Part shown: positions 1 through 12,084 of the stretch, in pieces | Layout: each line of letters begins with the position of its first letter | How positions within the stretch are numbered: the stretch's first letter is position 1 | Assembly (NCBI GenBank): GCA_030390025.1 | Contig: CM059432.1 | Span: 65,722,001-65,786,000, forward strand | Length of the DNA: 64,000 nt | Direction of reading: 5' to 3' | From: Squalus acanthias | Taxonomy: Eukaryota | Position numbers and translations under genes: made by a program | Notes under the pieces: generated by a model | Told to the model about the DNA's origin: nothing | What the model saw: only the letters and a program-made list of their open reading frames with translations | The model's database searches: none

Positions 1-879
1 AATCACTGTCGCTTCATCACTGATCGCAAATTCCGGGCCATTATATGTTAATCAAGCATGACTTCCCACTCCTAAAACCATGTTGTCTCAGAGTAGCTTA
101 TGCTCCTCAAGATGTTCCCTTATATTATTCTGCTTAATACTTTCAAACACTTTCCCAACAGTGGTAGTAAGGCGTACAGGTCTGTCATTTGACGGTTCAT
201 CCCTTGCCTCATTTTTATAGATGGGGGGGTGGGGGGAACATTTGTTATTTTCCAATCATCTGGGACGATTGAGCCAATCATTTGAACCAATACCTTCAGA
301 ACCCTGGAATGAAAGTTATCAGAGCCAGGAGCCTTATCTACCATCAGCTTCAGCAACCTCCCAAATATGTCGAGTCTTTAAACTGTACTCTCAATTCTGG
401 CATTTCTCTTCCTCCCCCCCCACCATTTCTTTTGTGAGATCTATTTTTAGATTAAAATTACAGAGTGGGTCACAACATTACTCTTCAAAATGCATTGAGA
501 AGTCTTATGCTCAGAGGCTGAAAGGCCTACACCTGTTCCTATGCTTATATCGGGCTCAGTCTAGGGGAAAACTCATAGGAAAATTAACAGTTTACTGCAG
601 TTTTGCCTGTAGGTGGTGCTGTTTTTCAACATTAACAGCAGCTACATGGAGGCTTAGAAATTCCACTCCATTATCGGTGTAATTTCAGCGTATAATTGCG
701 GCAAGTAACTTTTTTGGCAGCATAATGGAGCGGAAACTCATTTACGCCTGACTGACCTTGTATTGTTGTGCGAACTGTTGCAATTTTCTGACATTAAATG
801 GTGGTCCACTGTCTGATCATAACCTCATTTGGAATACCATGGCGTGCAAAATGAGCTTTCATCGTACAGACAGGCTGTC

Positions 880-1450
880 TATTTCAAAGTAATCGTTAGT
901 TAGCAATAGTTAGAACATATGTTAAGTGCCAAGGCAGCAGGGGGCATCCCTGGAGCCATCTGTCCATTCATCCTGCTCCTTCAGAGAGTTGTGGCACTGT
1001 CAACCATTACAAGATGAAAGCACCATGGCTGCTGTCAGGGTATCTTGCAGTCACGAGTATTATTTGGCTGTGGTGGTCCAAGACCACCTACTCATTCTTC
1101 AAATAAAATCCTTTACAGTTGATATATGCCATAAGGTTGTGGTTCGGCACCCCAATAGCAACATGGCTACCATCAATAATGTCCAACAATTGGGAACCCA
1201 GCTACCTGCTAGAAGTGCTAAGCCCTCTCCAGTTACTCCCGCTCTAAGGTTGCAGTGACCTGCTTGATGCATTGGTGTATGACCAATGTCACCAGTAGTG
1301 GCTTGAAATGAGCCTGTAGCATTAAAGTTCAATGTATTGGCAACTTTACCTGGAAATGTCAGGCCTGTCCCTGTGCTGGATGTCCTCTACATGTTACGCT
1401 CCAGTATACAAGATGCTCAAGAACTGCCTCTCTATTGAAACATAGACAGG
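880..1450 (-). mobile_element. Decayed PIF/Harbinger transposase remnant
   Basis: Frameshifted minus-strand peptides FNATGSFQATTGDIG, LLMVAM/DGSHVAI-like, ARYPDSSHGAFIL resemble HARBI1-type motifs (ATGSFQ, IDGTHV, ARYPGSxHDAFIL). Confidence 0.7.
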
Positions 1451-2204
1451 TCTCTTCTAACATGCCCAGGTAGCTTTGCCGTATGACAGAAGTCCTAGGT
1501 TGCCTGCAATAGATGTTAGGATACTTGCAACTCCCTGCAAGCATAGAAGAGAAACATTTACATACTGGCTATGCCTTCTGTTGGCAAAGAGCAAGCATGT
1601 ATACAGCGCTCCCTTCGAAATTCTTGTACACCTCCTCCCAGGTACAACAGAACTGGAAGACTGCAATCACTTGCTATGCTATCTTCATGTGCAGCTGTCA
1701 CCAAAGAGTGTTAACCTCTTTCACTGAATCCCCCAAGAAGAGTGCTATATATGCAAAAGCCTTTCTCATTGCCATTATTGCACATATTTTCCTCCCAGGT
1801 ACATCCTTCACAGTGATGCTGAAAATTAGTATATAACTTCTCTTTAATTATAAGCAGCAATCCTTGAAGAGCTGCAACTACCAGCCAACTGGCATACAGG
1901 CCTGCCTTCTGTGCACATTTTCCATATGAAAATGAAGAGCAGGGGCTTGCCTCATGTAATTTAACAAGGCTGGTCTTCCCTGCTGTTGCTTTGGTTGCCC
2001 TTGCACGTAGGTAGCACAATCCTGATTTTGCCAGTCTTGCAAATTGAGTAAATTTCCACAGGAAGAAAAAGCTGGTATGTAAGAAGGTGCAACAAAAACT
2101 ATTGTAAAAAAGCTTACTACAAAATTCAAAGTTGTGCTAATAATGTCCTTTATAGCAGGTGCAGTGATATACTGCTTTTGAATGGGGATCAAAAAATTAA
2201 AAGA

Positions 2205-2472
2205 AAGAACTTGCATTTATATAGTAACTTTCACAACCTCCATCCCAAAGTACTTTACAGCCAATTAAGTATTTTTGAAGTGTAGTCACTATTGTAATAT
2301 AGGGAAACGTGGCTGCAAATTTGCACACAGCAAGGCCTACAAACAGCACTGAGATAAATGACCAGATAATCTGTTTTTTTTAAAGTGATGTTGATTGAGG
2401 GATAAGACCAGGATACGAGGTGAACTCCCCTGCTCTTCTGAAAGTAGTGCAATTGAATCTTTTACATCCACC
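2205..2472 (-). mobile_element. Deu-domain SINE fragment (DeuSINE superfamily, SacSINE1-like)
   Basis: Minus strand contains gaagagcaggggagtt...tatccctcaatcaacatcact...cagattatctggtcatt...cttgctgtgtgcaaatt...gtgactacacttcaaaa and an L2-like tail tatataaatgcaagt. Confidence 0.8.
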
Positions 2473-3451
2473 GGAGATGAAAATTATCCACAAGTTGTTT
2501 CTACAGGTTATAAGCCCTGGTACTTTAGGTTATATCAAGACTATTTCAATATTTTTGTTGGTTACAGCTGACGATCTTTTGTAAAGTTATGCTGTGGGAT
2601 CAATGCATGTGCTAACTCTTCACTAATCAAAATGCTCTAAGAAAATTAGCACCTTAGAAATATAGGTCTTGAATATCCTCCGTATTTGCGCCCAGAAACA
2701 ATAAATAACTTGGGCGCGAACCAATTATGCGACTTAAAAGAATGCGGAATTTTGGGCGTAAGTGAGTTACACACATAACTACAGTACGCCCAAATCTCCT
2801 TGGTCTTTTATGCTATCGAATGCTTCACTGTCCATAAAACTGGCCAAGCCACCAAGTTACAGAGCCTCATATACCAGTTTACTGCCGTTGCGCTTGCTCA
2901 GAGGCTCCCTTAAAATTAGGAGCAGGTTTTTAGGCGCAGCAGGAGCAGTCATTTTTCTGGTGTTTTATTGCAATATTTTTTAAAGCATTTAAAAAAAATT
3001 ATCCTCACTAATACCGGCACTGTATTTTCTGTTCCATTTAATGCATTTTTATGGCATAAGTCATATTAAAAAATGAAAAGCTTTCACGATTGCAGGTTCT
3101 TTAACATGAGTTTCAGCTCATTCAACCGTCATTCGTGTACATTAGGTACACATGTTTAAGAACCTGCAATTGTGGGGAAGGTGTCAATAGCACTTTCAGG
3201 ATGAGCGTTTTGCACCTGTAAGGGCACATTAGCACTGCCCGCCCTAATAGAAGCTTGGAACTTCGGAGCAGTTGCTTCTCTGATACAACAGAAGAGGCCC
3301 AGGATGAACATCATAGTTAAGCAGCTGCGTAACTCTACTGCTCCCAAACGACATAACAAGCAGGTATTGGTTCTGAGGTGCCAAACAGATGGCGGATTGG
3401 ATGGAATTTTCTGGGAACCACTTGGAAAGACATGCCCCCTTGATGCAAGAG

Positions 3452-4950
3452 GATGGATATCATCATTTTCCAATCCTCCCTGGCTACAGGTGTGGTGCCA
3501 GAGGACTGGAGGACTGCTAACATGGTACCATTGTTTAAAAAGGGAGAAAGGGATAGACCGAGTAATTACAGGCCAGTCAGCCTAACCTCGGTGGTGGGAA
3601 AATTATTGGAAACATTTCTGAGGGACAGGATAAATCTTCATTTAGAAAGACACGGATTAATCAAGGACAGTCAGCATGGATTTGTTAAGGGGAGGTCATG
3701 TCTGACTAACTTGATTGAATTTTTTGAGGAGGTAACAAGGAGGGTTGATGAGGGTTGTGCATTTGATGTAGTGTATATGGATTTTAGCAAGGCTTTTGAT
3801 AAGGTCCCACATGGCAGACTGGTCACGAAAGTAAAAGCCCATGGGATACAAGGCAAAGTGGCAAGTTGGATCCAAAATTGGCTCAGAAGTAGGAAGCAAA
3901 GGGTTATGGTCGATGGGTGTTTTTGTGACTGGAAGGCTATTTCCAGAGGAGTTCTGCAGGGCTCAGTACTCGGTCCCTTGCTTTTTGTGATATATATCAA
4001 TGATTTAGACTTGAATGTAGGGGGTATGATTAAGAAGTTTGCAGATGATACAAAAATTGGCCGTGCAGTGGATAATGAAGAAGCTGCAGACTGCAGGAAG
4101 ATATCAATGGACTGGTCAGGTGGGCAGAACAGTGACAAATGGAATTCAATCCGGACAAGTGCGAGGTAATGCATTTGGGGAGGGCTAAGAAGGCAAGGGA
4201 ATACACAATAAATGGTAGGACACCGAGAAGTGCAGAGGAACAGAGGGACCTTGGAGTGCATGTCTACAGATCCCTGAAGGTAGTAGGACAGGTAGATAAG
4301 GTGGTTAAGAAGGCATATGGGATACTTGCCTTTATTAACCGAGGCATAGAATATAAGAGCAGGGAGGTTATGCTTGAACTGTATAAAACGCTAGTTAGGC
4401 CTCAGCTAGAGTACTGCGTACAGATCTGGTCACCATATTACAGGAAAGATGTGATTGCGCTAGAGATGGTGTAGAGGAGATTTACGAGGATGTTGCCACG
4501 ACTGGAGAATTTTAGCTATGAGGAAAGATTGGATAGGCTGGGGTTGTTTTCTTTGGAACAGAGGAGGTTGAGTGGAGACCTAATTGAGGTGTATAAAATT
4601 ATGAGGGGCCTAGATAGAGTGGATAGGAAGGAACTATTTCCCTTAGCAGGTCAATAACCAGGGGGCATAGATTTAAAGTAATTGGTCGGAATTTTAGAGG
4701 GGATTTGAGGAGAAATTTTTTCACCCAGAGGGTGGTGGGGGTCTGGAACTCACTGCCTGAAAGGGTGGTAGAGGCAGAGACCCTCATCACATTAAAACGT
4801 ACTTGGATAAGCACTTGAAGTGCCATAACCTACAAGGTTACGGACCAAGAGCTGGAAAGTGGGATTAGGCTGGATAGCTCTTTGTTGGCCGGCACGGACA
4901 AGATGGGCCGAATGGCCTCCTTCTGTGCTGTAAATTTCTATGATTCTATG
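3452..4950 (+). mobile_element. 5'-truncated CR1 LINE (RT domain to 3' end)
   Basis: ORFs 3453-4169 and 4139-4474 (NYRPVSLTSV, DFSKAFDKVPH, QGSVLGP, KFADD); ends in ttctatgattctatg microsatellite tail. Confidence 0.95.
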
Positions 4951-5972
4951 AAAAGATCCACCCAGTGGAATCCCAGCTTCCTAATCACAGGTCAGAATCC
5001 CAGCAGAACTAGTTCCCATCCATCAGAGAGGCACCTAGTGCAAGGATGAAATTTCAGGTCCTAACTATTTTTTAGATGTACACCTTTAAAACTGTACCTT
5101 TAGGTTTTAAACATTTCAACATTTGCATTCAATTATATGGCTAACCAAAATCCAAAAGAATTAAATCACATTTTCTGAACAAACTCAAATTTTTGCCATT
5201 TTCTTAATTCCAGATATGTCCAGTCCCTCAGTTTAAAATAAATTGGTCAAAGCTACACTTCAAATTTGGCAGATTCGTGAAAATTCTTCACGGACAGGCT
5301 ACTTTGTTGGCTGAATACACTTATTGGCGATACAATATGCTCCTTATAACTGTGGCAAAGCAAACATTAATTCTTCCATTAGTAAAGTCTTTATTTATTT
5401 CAACATTCATCAGATATTTTCACTGTTACTTGTTCTTTTTCCAATACCTGCAGCCCTGGGGCAAGCTTGCAGGTGTTATCACAATTGAATCCCTCCCAGC
5501 TCAATATTACAGTCTACGATTCCCAACACTTGAGTGAATCCAGGGCTTCAATTTGTCTGGTTTATATTTAGGTACTAATGTTCATATTTTAGGAATCTTG
5601 ACTTGTCCTCAGATTAAACCAGCTTCTCAAAATTGAGGAAGCTAACCATCATTTCTCTTGACAGCAGTTTATTAATATCCAAAGTGCAGTTTTCACTTTG
5701 TAGAGAATGCATAGAGATTTGCATCTAAAAAGTTCCTGCTTACCTGGCTACTTAGATGATAACGTAGCAGTTTGTGTTGTAATATTTACTTAATTGTAAA
5801 TGTGCATCGACACCAATATATCATTCCAAAATCTTTGAATACAAGAAAAAGTTGATCTTGAAGACCCGTGTATTAGCTGTAGTTGCTGCCTTGCATCAAG
5901 AACCATTATTTCAAATGTAGTACAAGACTAGCTGATTTGATTTCACTGGAGAATCTTACTCTAGGCATTTTG

Positions 5973-7092
5973 TTTTTATTCATTCATGGGATGTGGACGC
6001 CGTGGCAAGGCCAGCATTTACTGCCCATCCCTAATTGCCCTCGAGAATGTGGTGGTGAGCCGCCTTCTTGAACTGCTGCAGTCTGTGTGATGAAGATACT
6101 CCCACAGGTAGGGAGCTCCAGGATTTTGACCGAGTGATGATGAATGAATGGCGATATATTTCCAAGTCAGGATGGTGTGTGACTTGGAGGGGAACTTGGA
6201 GGGGCAGGGTTTCCATGCACCTGCTTCCCTTGTCCTTCCAGGTGGTAGAGATTGCGGGTTTGGGAGATGCTGTCGAAAAAGCCTTGGCGAGTTGCTGCAG
6301 TGCATCTTGTAGATGGTACACACTGTAGCCACATTGCGCCAATGGTGGAGGGAATGCCGATCAAGCAGGCTGCTTTGTTCTGGATGGTGTTGAGCTTCTT
6401 GTGTTGTTGGGAGTTGCACTCATCCAGGCAAGTGGAGAGTATGCCATCACGCTCCTGACTTGTAGGTGGTGGAAAGGCTTTGGGGAGTCAGGCGAGTCAC
6501 TCGCTGCAGAATACCTAACCTCTGACTCGCTCTTGTAGGCACAGTATTTATGTGGCTGGTCCAGTTTAGCTTCTGGTCAATGGTGACGTCTAGGATGTGG
6601 ATGGTGGGGGATTCAGCGATAGTAATACCATTGAATGTCAAGAGGAAGTGATTAGACTTTCTCTTGTTGGAGATGGTCAGTGCCTGGCACTTGTATGGTA
6701 TGAATGTTACTTATCAACCCAAGCCTGGATGTTGTCCAGGTCTTGCTGCATGCGGGCATGGACTGCTTTATTATCTGAGGAATTGCGAATGGAACTGAAC
6801 ACACTGCAATCATCAGCGAACATGCCCACTTCTGACCTTATGATGGCAGGAAAACAGCTGAAGATGGTTGGACCTGGGACACTGCCCTGAGGAACTCCTA
6901 CAGCAATGTCCTGAGACTGAGATGGTTGGTCTCCAACATACACAACCAGCTTCCTTTGTGCTAGGTATGACTCCAACCAGTGAAGAGTTTTTCCCTTGAT
7001 CCCCATTGACTTCAATTTTACTGGAGCTCCTTGGTGCTACTCGGTCAAATGCTGCCTTGATGTCAAGGGCTGTCACTCTCACCTCACTTCTG
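5973..7092 (-). mobile_element. 5'-truncated LINE, CR1/jockey-group family B
   Basis: ALDIKAAFDRV, GVPQGSVPGP, MFADD peptides; 3' end ccacatcccatgaatgaataaaaa. Confidence 0.9.
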
Positions 7093-8249
7093 GAAATCTA
7101 ATGCACACAAAGCAGTTAAAAGTCTCTCTTCACATTATTCCCCCCTCCAAGACTGTTGAAAACTGCTTTCCATCTTTAAAATTTTAATTCCCCTGCCCTT
7201 TTCTAACTGCCAAAATTTTAAACATGTTCCTTCCATATTTCTGCTGATCAAATAGGTTACCGACTCCAATAGTACTGTTGCTCCATTAATGCTTTAAAGT
7301 TAATTGGCCCCACTTTCCTCAGGGTGTGCGATGTAATTATAGGGCAAAGACGAGGTGTGAGTCAGAGCAGCCTGGTAGGGGTTGGAAAATCAGGTAGTAT
7401 CCAGAAATAGCCAGCTTCCACACAGAGAAGCAGCCAAAGGGAATTTCTGCTTGGGGCTCGACTTAACAAAGAACGCAGAGCAGGCGGGATGATATAGCCT
7501 GCCTGATACTCTAACTCCTGCTGCTTGTGCACCCCACATAGGTCCATGAATGGGAGCAAGCGGGGCCCACAATGTCTTTAGGCCTGAATTGTGGTCTGAA
7601 TAGCCCCAGAACGGAGCCTTGAAAATTTCTTTTTGGCCCAAATACTTGCAGATCAACAACATTTTCTGCAGGACTGCCAGCAGCGTCCCCATGCAGCCGT
7701 ACAGCACTGCATCTTGCTCCCCATCTCAACCTCTAATGGGGGCCTACAATGCACCTATGCTAGCACAGGCACCCTGTGATTAAAATTAGGCGACCCCATT
7801 CGGACACCAGAAATTCTAGCGGGGTCAGGTGTGGTGATAACAGATGCATTGGGATTCCTGCTTCACTGCCGTTAATACAGCAGAGTGGGATTGCACAATT
7901 TCACCTCCAATGATTCTCTTCCCTTCCAATGTGGAACACTTTACCTCATTCGAAAACTGACGAGACAGATTGCACACACTTTAGTGCTGGTTGCTAACTA
8001 AAATGTAACCGATAGACGGTGCGGTGAAGACAGCACGTTAGCTATTACCTTAATAGGCTGTTCTGTAAAGATTTCATTTGATAACTGTATTTGCATTTTA
8101 GAAAATGCAATAGCTCATTAAAAGGCAGACCATTACACTCGTTTTGTTGGTGCCATTCTGCAGATACTTTTTTAAAATAAAGTGTGGTTTGTTTTATTTA
8201 AATCCAAGTAATCAAAAGGCAGACATAAACTTGTCACTACAACACAGAT

Positions 8250-9803
8250 ATGACAAAGAATATCAATTTTATTGCAAAATATTTCCCCAATAATCAATGT
8301 TTACAGAAGCAAACGTATTCATTTAAACTGAGCTTTCATAGAACTGCTAGTGTTTACAATTAGTAATTCTATGAAACAAACCATATTTTCAACACCAAAA
8401 AGCAACACTTCTAAACATGAATTTATATTTCTTGATCAAAAAGTTACAGAAAATTACATACCTATGAAAATACATCTATTGTTTGTTTTACTACTGTATA
8501 TAATAGATCAAATGACAAACAGTGCAGAAAAAAATTGTCTGTACAAAAAGTCTAATATTTACCTGAATATCACTCCAAGTATCATCACCAAGTTCACAAT
8601 CCACCATGGATTAATCATCTTGGTACACCATTACAACCTACTGTACATGGTATCAAGAAAAGATCCCTCTGTGTCCTCTCCCTGAGCTGTACACAAAGTG
8701 TCAAAGGATTCAGGAGAGGTGCAAATGAGCAAAGTACTACAGTAAGCAAATCAGTGGCTATGGTATATTGCCTCACTTAACATTTTTGCAAGTTTGCTAC
8801 ATAATCCCTAAGGTCCCAGAGTATTGTTTAAGGGTATTTACTATCCCAAAGTAATTTCAAAGTGACAAAGATAACAGCATTTTCACTGTCCTAACACTGG
8901 AAGAACAGAGTTCAAAAATAAGTCACAAAGCAAGTTTTTGTCAAAAAGTTTAAAAGTCTTGGCAAACTTAAATTTTCCAAAGTTCTAAAGTGCATCTGCT
9001 GTATAAGCACATTATACGATCTTTTGAGTCTAAACATTATACATCCTCATATTAGTAATTGGAATATGAAAGCATTATTTGCGTCAATGCCCAATTATAG
9101 GACCTGCCAGATATTACTTGTGGGCAGTAAACACATCATTAAGTAGTTGTACAACTACCAATTACTGCTGGTATAGCTAAATCCACACTTTTGAATTGAA
9201 CTGCTCAAAAAGGCCGTATCTTTTTTGCATTGCCATAGAAAATTTTTCCTAAGGTTAACACAGTTCTCAAAGTTAAACAAATACATTGCTTTATGGTATG
9301 TTATTTATGGTATGGTTGCACATGCATGACTTACAAAGGGAACTGGTAATATAGTAAGTAAAAATTGCTAATTGCACTAGCAAATCTGATTAATCAAGTT
9401 ATATTCAAATGGTACTCACCACTTAAATGTTTAAAACCTTTATGCAACTTTAAAAATAACCTACTTGTCATCTCCTCATAGAAAATGTGAAATTCTTCAC
9501 CTTCTCAAAATGTTCTTATTGTGCCATCAGAAGTCTCAAGATTAATGTGCACAATCTGAAGTAGTACTCTGCTTGGATCTTCAAATTTGCATTCAGCATC
9601 TGAACATAACCTTTACCAGTGAAGGGATGAATTAAAAGTAATCGTCAAATCAATTTAGTCATATTTTTAAGGTTTGAAACCTGCTTTCAGTATATTCAAG
9701 CAACTGGTTTTTTTGGAGTGATTATTCTATAAATGCTACATTTGAGAACTCGAAGAGACACATCAGTGGACATAGTTACCTTTAGGATTAGTTTTGTTCA
9801 GTG
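8250..9803 (-). other. PCMTD1: Probable PCMTD1 3'UTR (~1.55 kb, AT-rich, no recognisable repeats)
   Basis: Lies between the stop codon and a candidate poly(A) signal; lacks the LINE/MITE insertions that fill the flanks. End position inferred. Confidence 0.6.
8268..8273 (-). terminator. Candidate polyadenylation signal AATAAA
   Basis: Plus-strand tttatt; followed on the minus strand by a U/GU-rich stretch (ttctttgtcatatctgtgttgtagtg). Another AATAAA lies near 8193-8198. Confidence 0.6.
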
Positions 9804-10174
9804 CTATTTTTGTCTATAGAATGTTAGGTATGCTTTCAAAGATTCTGGTAGTGGCAGACTCAGAATTCTCTCCCGAAGCAAATTTGGAGGAGCCTCTTCC
9901 TGTTTGAGGCCTTCGTTCATTTCTTTTTCTTCCTGCTCTCTATTCTCTTCTTCCATTTTATCATCCTCATCACTGTCAAATGGCTGAGGTATCAACTGAT
10001 TGCCTACAAACACATAGGTGTCAATTTTGCGCCTGCGGAGCTTCTTGCGTTTCCGTTTTGGTGGAACCTTGTGAGGAATGCCTTTGGCCTGAATCTCTTG
10101 ATTTATCAAGTTTCTAAGATTGCGACGAATGTAAATTCTTGCCAAATCCTGCAGGCATCGTACAGTTACCGGTG
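9804..10174 (-). CDS. PCMTD1: PCMTD1 last coding exon (split SOCS box: BC-box and Cul-box), 371 nt including TAG
   Basis: ttttttcttctatag|CACCGGTA; translates PVTVRCLQDLARIYIRRNLRN...TYVFVGNQLIPQP...LPLPESLKAYLTFYRQK*. TYVFVGNQLIPQP and LPLPESLKAYL fit PCMTD1 rather than PCMTD2. Confidence 0.96.
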
Positions 10175-10232
10175 CTATAGAAGAAAAAATAATTAATATA
10201 CAGCATACTTCTTATTTAATTGCTATATTATA

Positions 10233-10577
10233 CTAGTTAATCACCCATGGTATTGCACACGGCGAGTCAAGACCATTTAGTCTTCAGCTGAAGTGGGATT
10301 AGAGAATGGGGGATAATTGGTCCAGGCTGCGCAGATGTAATTTAGCCCCCATTTTAAAGTCATTCATTCTGTCCATATATTTATATTACTAGCATAAATT
10401 TCTATATAATGGAAAATGGCCATGTAACCTTGTCACATTCTATTTTAACCCTCCTGCCAGTGGTGGCTTTGGGGGAAGGATGTGATTACAGCTCGACAAG
10501 ATTATACAGCCACTTTCCATTGTAAGTGTGGACGTAAGAATTTTGGGCAGGTACGAGATTTTTAATATGTTAGTAGA
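10233..10577 (-). mobile_element. Short non-autonomous Helitron-like element (345 bp)
   Basis: Minus strand A|TCTACTAACATATTAAAA ... ccgtg-tgcaatac-catgg hairpin, gtgattaaCTAG|T: 5'-TC, 3'-CTAG, subterminal hairpin, A/T insertion site, no TSD. Confidence 0.6.
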
Positions 10578-10684
10578 TAGTTTAGATAGTTAAGTTAGTC
10601 AAGCTGGATACTTGACTATCCAGCTTGACTAACTTAATTACCAAAGCAAGACTTTTAAATTATATTTGATAATCTACAATATGC

Positions 10685-11080
10685 TGAGGAAAGTGACTGA
10701 GAAAGGGGATGAATTCAATGGCGAGAGAGCCAAATTCATAGCAGAGGCCAAAATTGGTAGCTTTGGTTTTCCCAATGTTCAGTTGGAGGAACTTTTGACT
10801 CATCTGTGAATTCATGTCACAGAGGTGGTCACGAGGTCAAGGAAAGCGGTGGAAGAGTAGAACTGGGTATCATCAGCATATACATGGAAACTGACTGCAT
10901 GTCTGCAGATAATATCACTGAGGGGTGGCACGTAGATGAGAAAGTGGAGATGGCCAAAGAGAAACCCTTTTGGTACCCTGGGGGTGACTAAGAATGGGTA
11001 GGAAGAGAAGCAATTGCTGGACATGCACTGGCTGCTTTTGGACAAGCAGGAGTGGAACCATGCAAGGGCAGTCCCAACAT
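10685..11080 (-). mobile_element. Decayed L2 LINE RT fragment
   Basis: ORF 10812-11123: GTALAWFHS, SFHVYADDTQFY. Confidence 0.8.
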
Positions 11081-11091
11081 TTAAACACCAA

Positions 11092-11355
11092 GGCCTGGAT
11101 TTTAGCCTAGGAAACCCGGACAACTTGAGTTACGAATAGAATGACTGTTAAAATGAAGGAGCGCAGCCTCATTATAATATTGAAATGAACAACCTGTCTT
11201 GTGCAAGCGGATTGTTCGCCCTGTTCCTCATCCCGCCTCCGTTAAAACTGGAAATGGACAGGTTTGAGGGGAGTTGGGTTCCGGTGTCAGATTTTTTGAA
11301 TTTTAACCTCTGACCCAAACCCAACCCACCTGTTTTTGGGAGCAAGATTCAGCCC
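11092..11355. mobile_element. Harbinger-type MITE
   Basis: Termini ggcctggatttt ... aagattcagccc; imperfect 3-bp flanks caa/taa. Confidence 0.6.
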
Positions 11356-11764
11356 TAAATGTTGATTGGTAGGATCTATCCAATCGTGCAGCTTTTTCTT
11401 CTTAGCACTTCAGTATCTGTGCAACTACTTTCTACTTGTGTTTTTGTCCTGAGGGCATCAGGTTTCTTAGTAAATTAACAAATACAATCCTGATCAATAA
11501 AGTCCATGAGAGTCAATTTCATGTCTATAAACAGCAACTATGGCTTCTATTGTTTAATAAATGCGTCTTTCAACATAGACAAGCAGTAGAGACCTAAAAC
11601 TTTGAAAAAAAACTGGCTTCTATGTTTTTCTCTCTTTTGACGCTACTTATCCATATTTACAGCATCCTCCACAAATAGTGCAGAATAGCCTAGCTCCACT
11701 TTGATGACCATCACCAGGAACCGCATTTGTGCAATAAAGGAAATAATCTTCCACTACAATTAAA

Positions 11765-12060
11765 GCAACCAAAAGCTTGCATTTATATAGTGCCTTTAAT
11801 GTAGAAAAATGTTCCAAAGGTTCTTGAAAAAGTGCAAGGATAAAACTGGACACCGAGCCAAAGGCGAAGATATTCGGAGGGGTGACTAAAAACTGGTTCA
11901 AAGAGGGGGATTTTAAAAGGAGGATCTTAAGGAAGGACACAGATCTGGAGAGGCAGAGGTGTTTAGGGAGCAAATTCCAGAGTGTGGGACTGAGGTGGCT
12001 AAAAGCATGGCCTCCAATGGTGCGCCGGGGAAAGGGTTCGCACAAGAAGCCGGAGTTAGA
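11765..12060 (-). mobile_element. L2 LINE 3' end fragment
   Basis: Minus strand ends aaaggcactatataaatgcaag; TIGGHAFSHLSPTLWNLLP peptide. Confidence 0.8.
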
Positions 12061-12084
12061 TGCATGACGATTTCCAAGAGGGAG

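Noticed and set aside
2660..3250. GC-rich segments at ~2660-3250, ~7305-7910 and ~29750-30310 resembling MITEs
   Set aside because: Probably old Harbinger-type MITEs, but paired TIRs/TSDs could not be pinned down.
8350..8685. 111-aa plus-strand ORF
   Set aside because: AT-rich antisense of the 3'UTR, GTG start, no recognisable domain.
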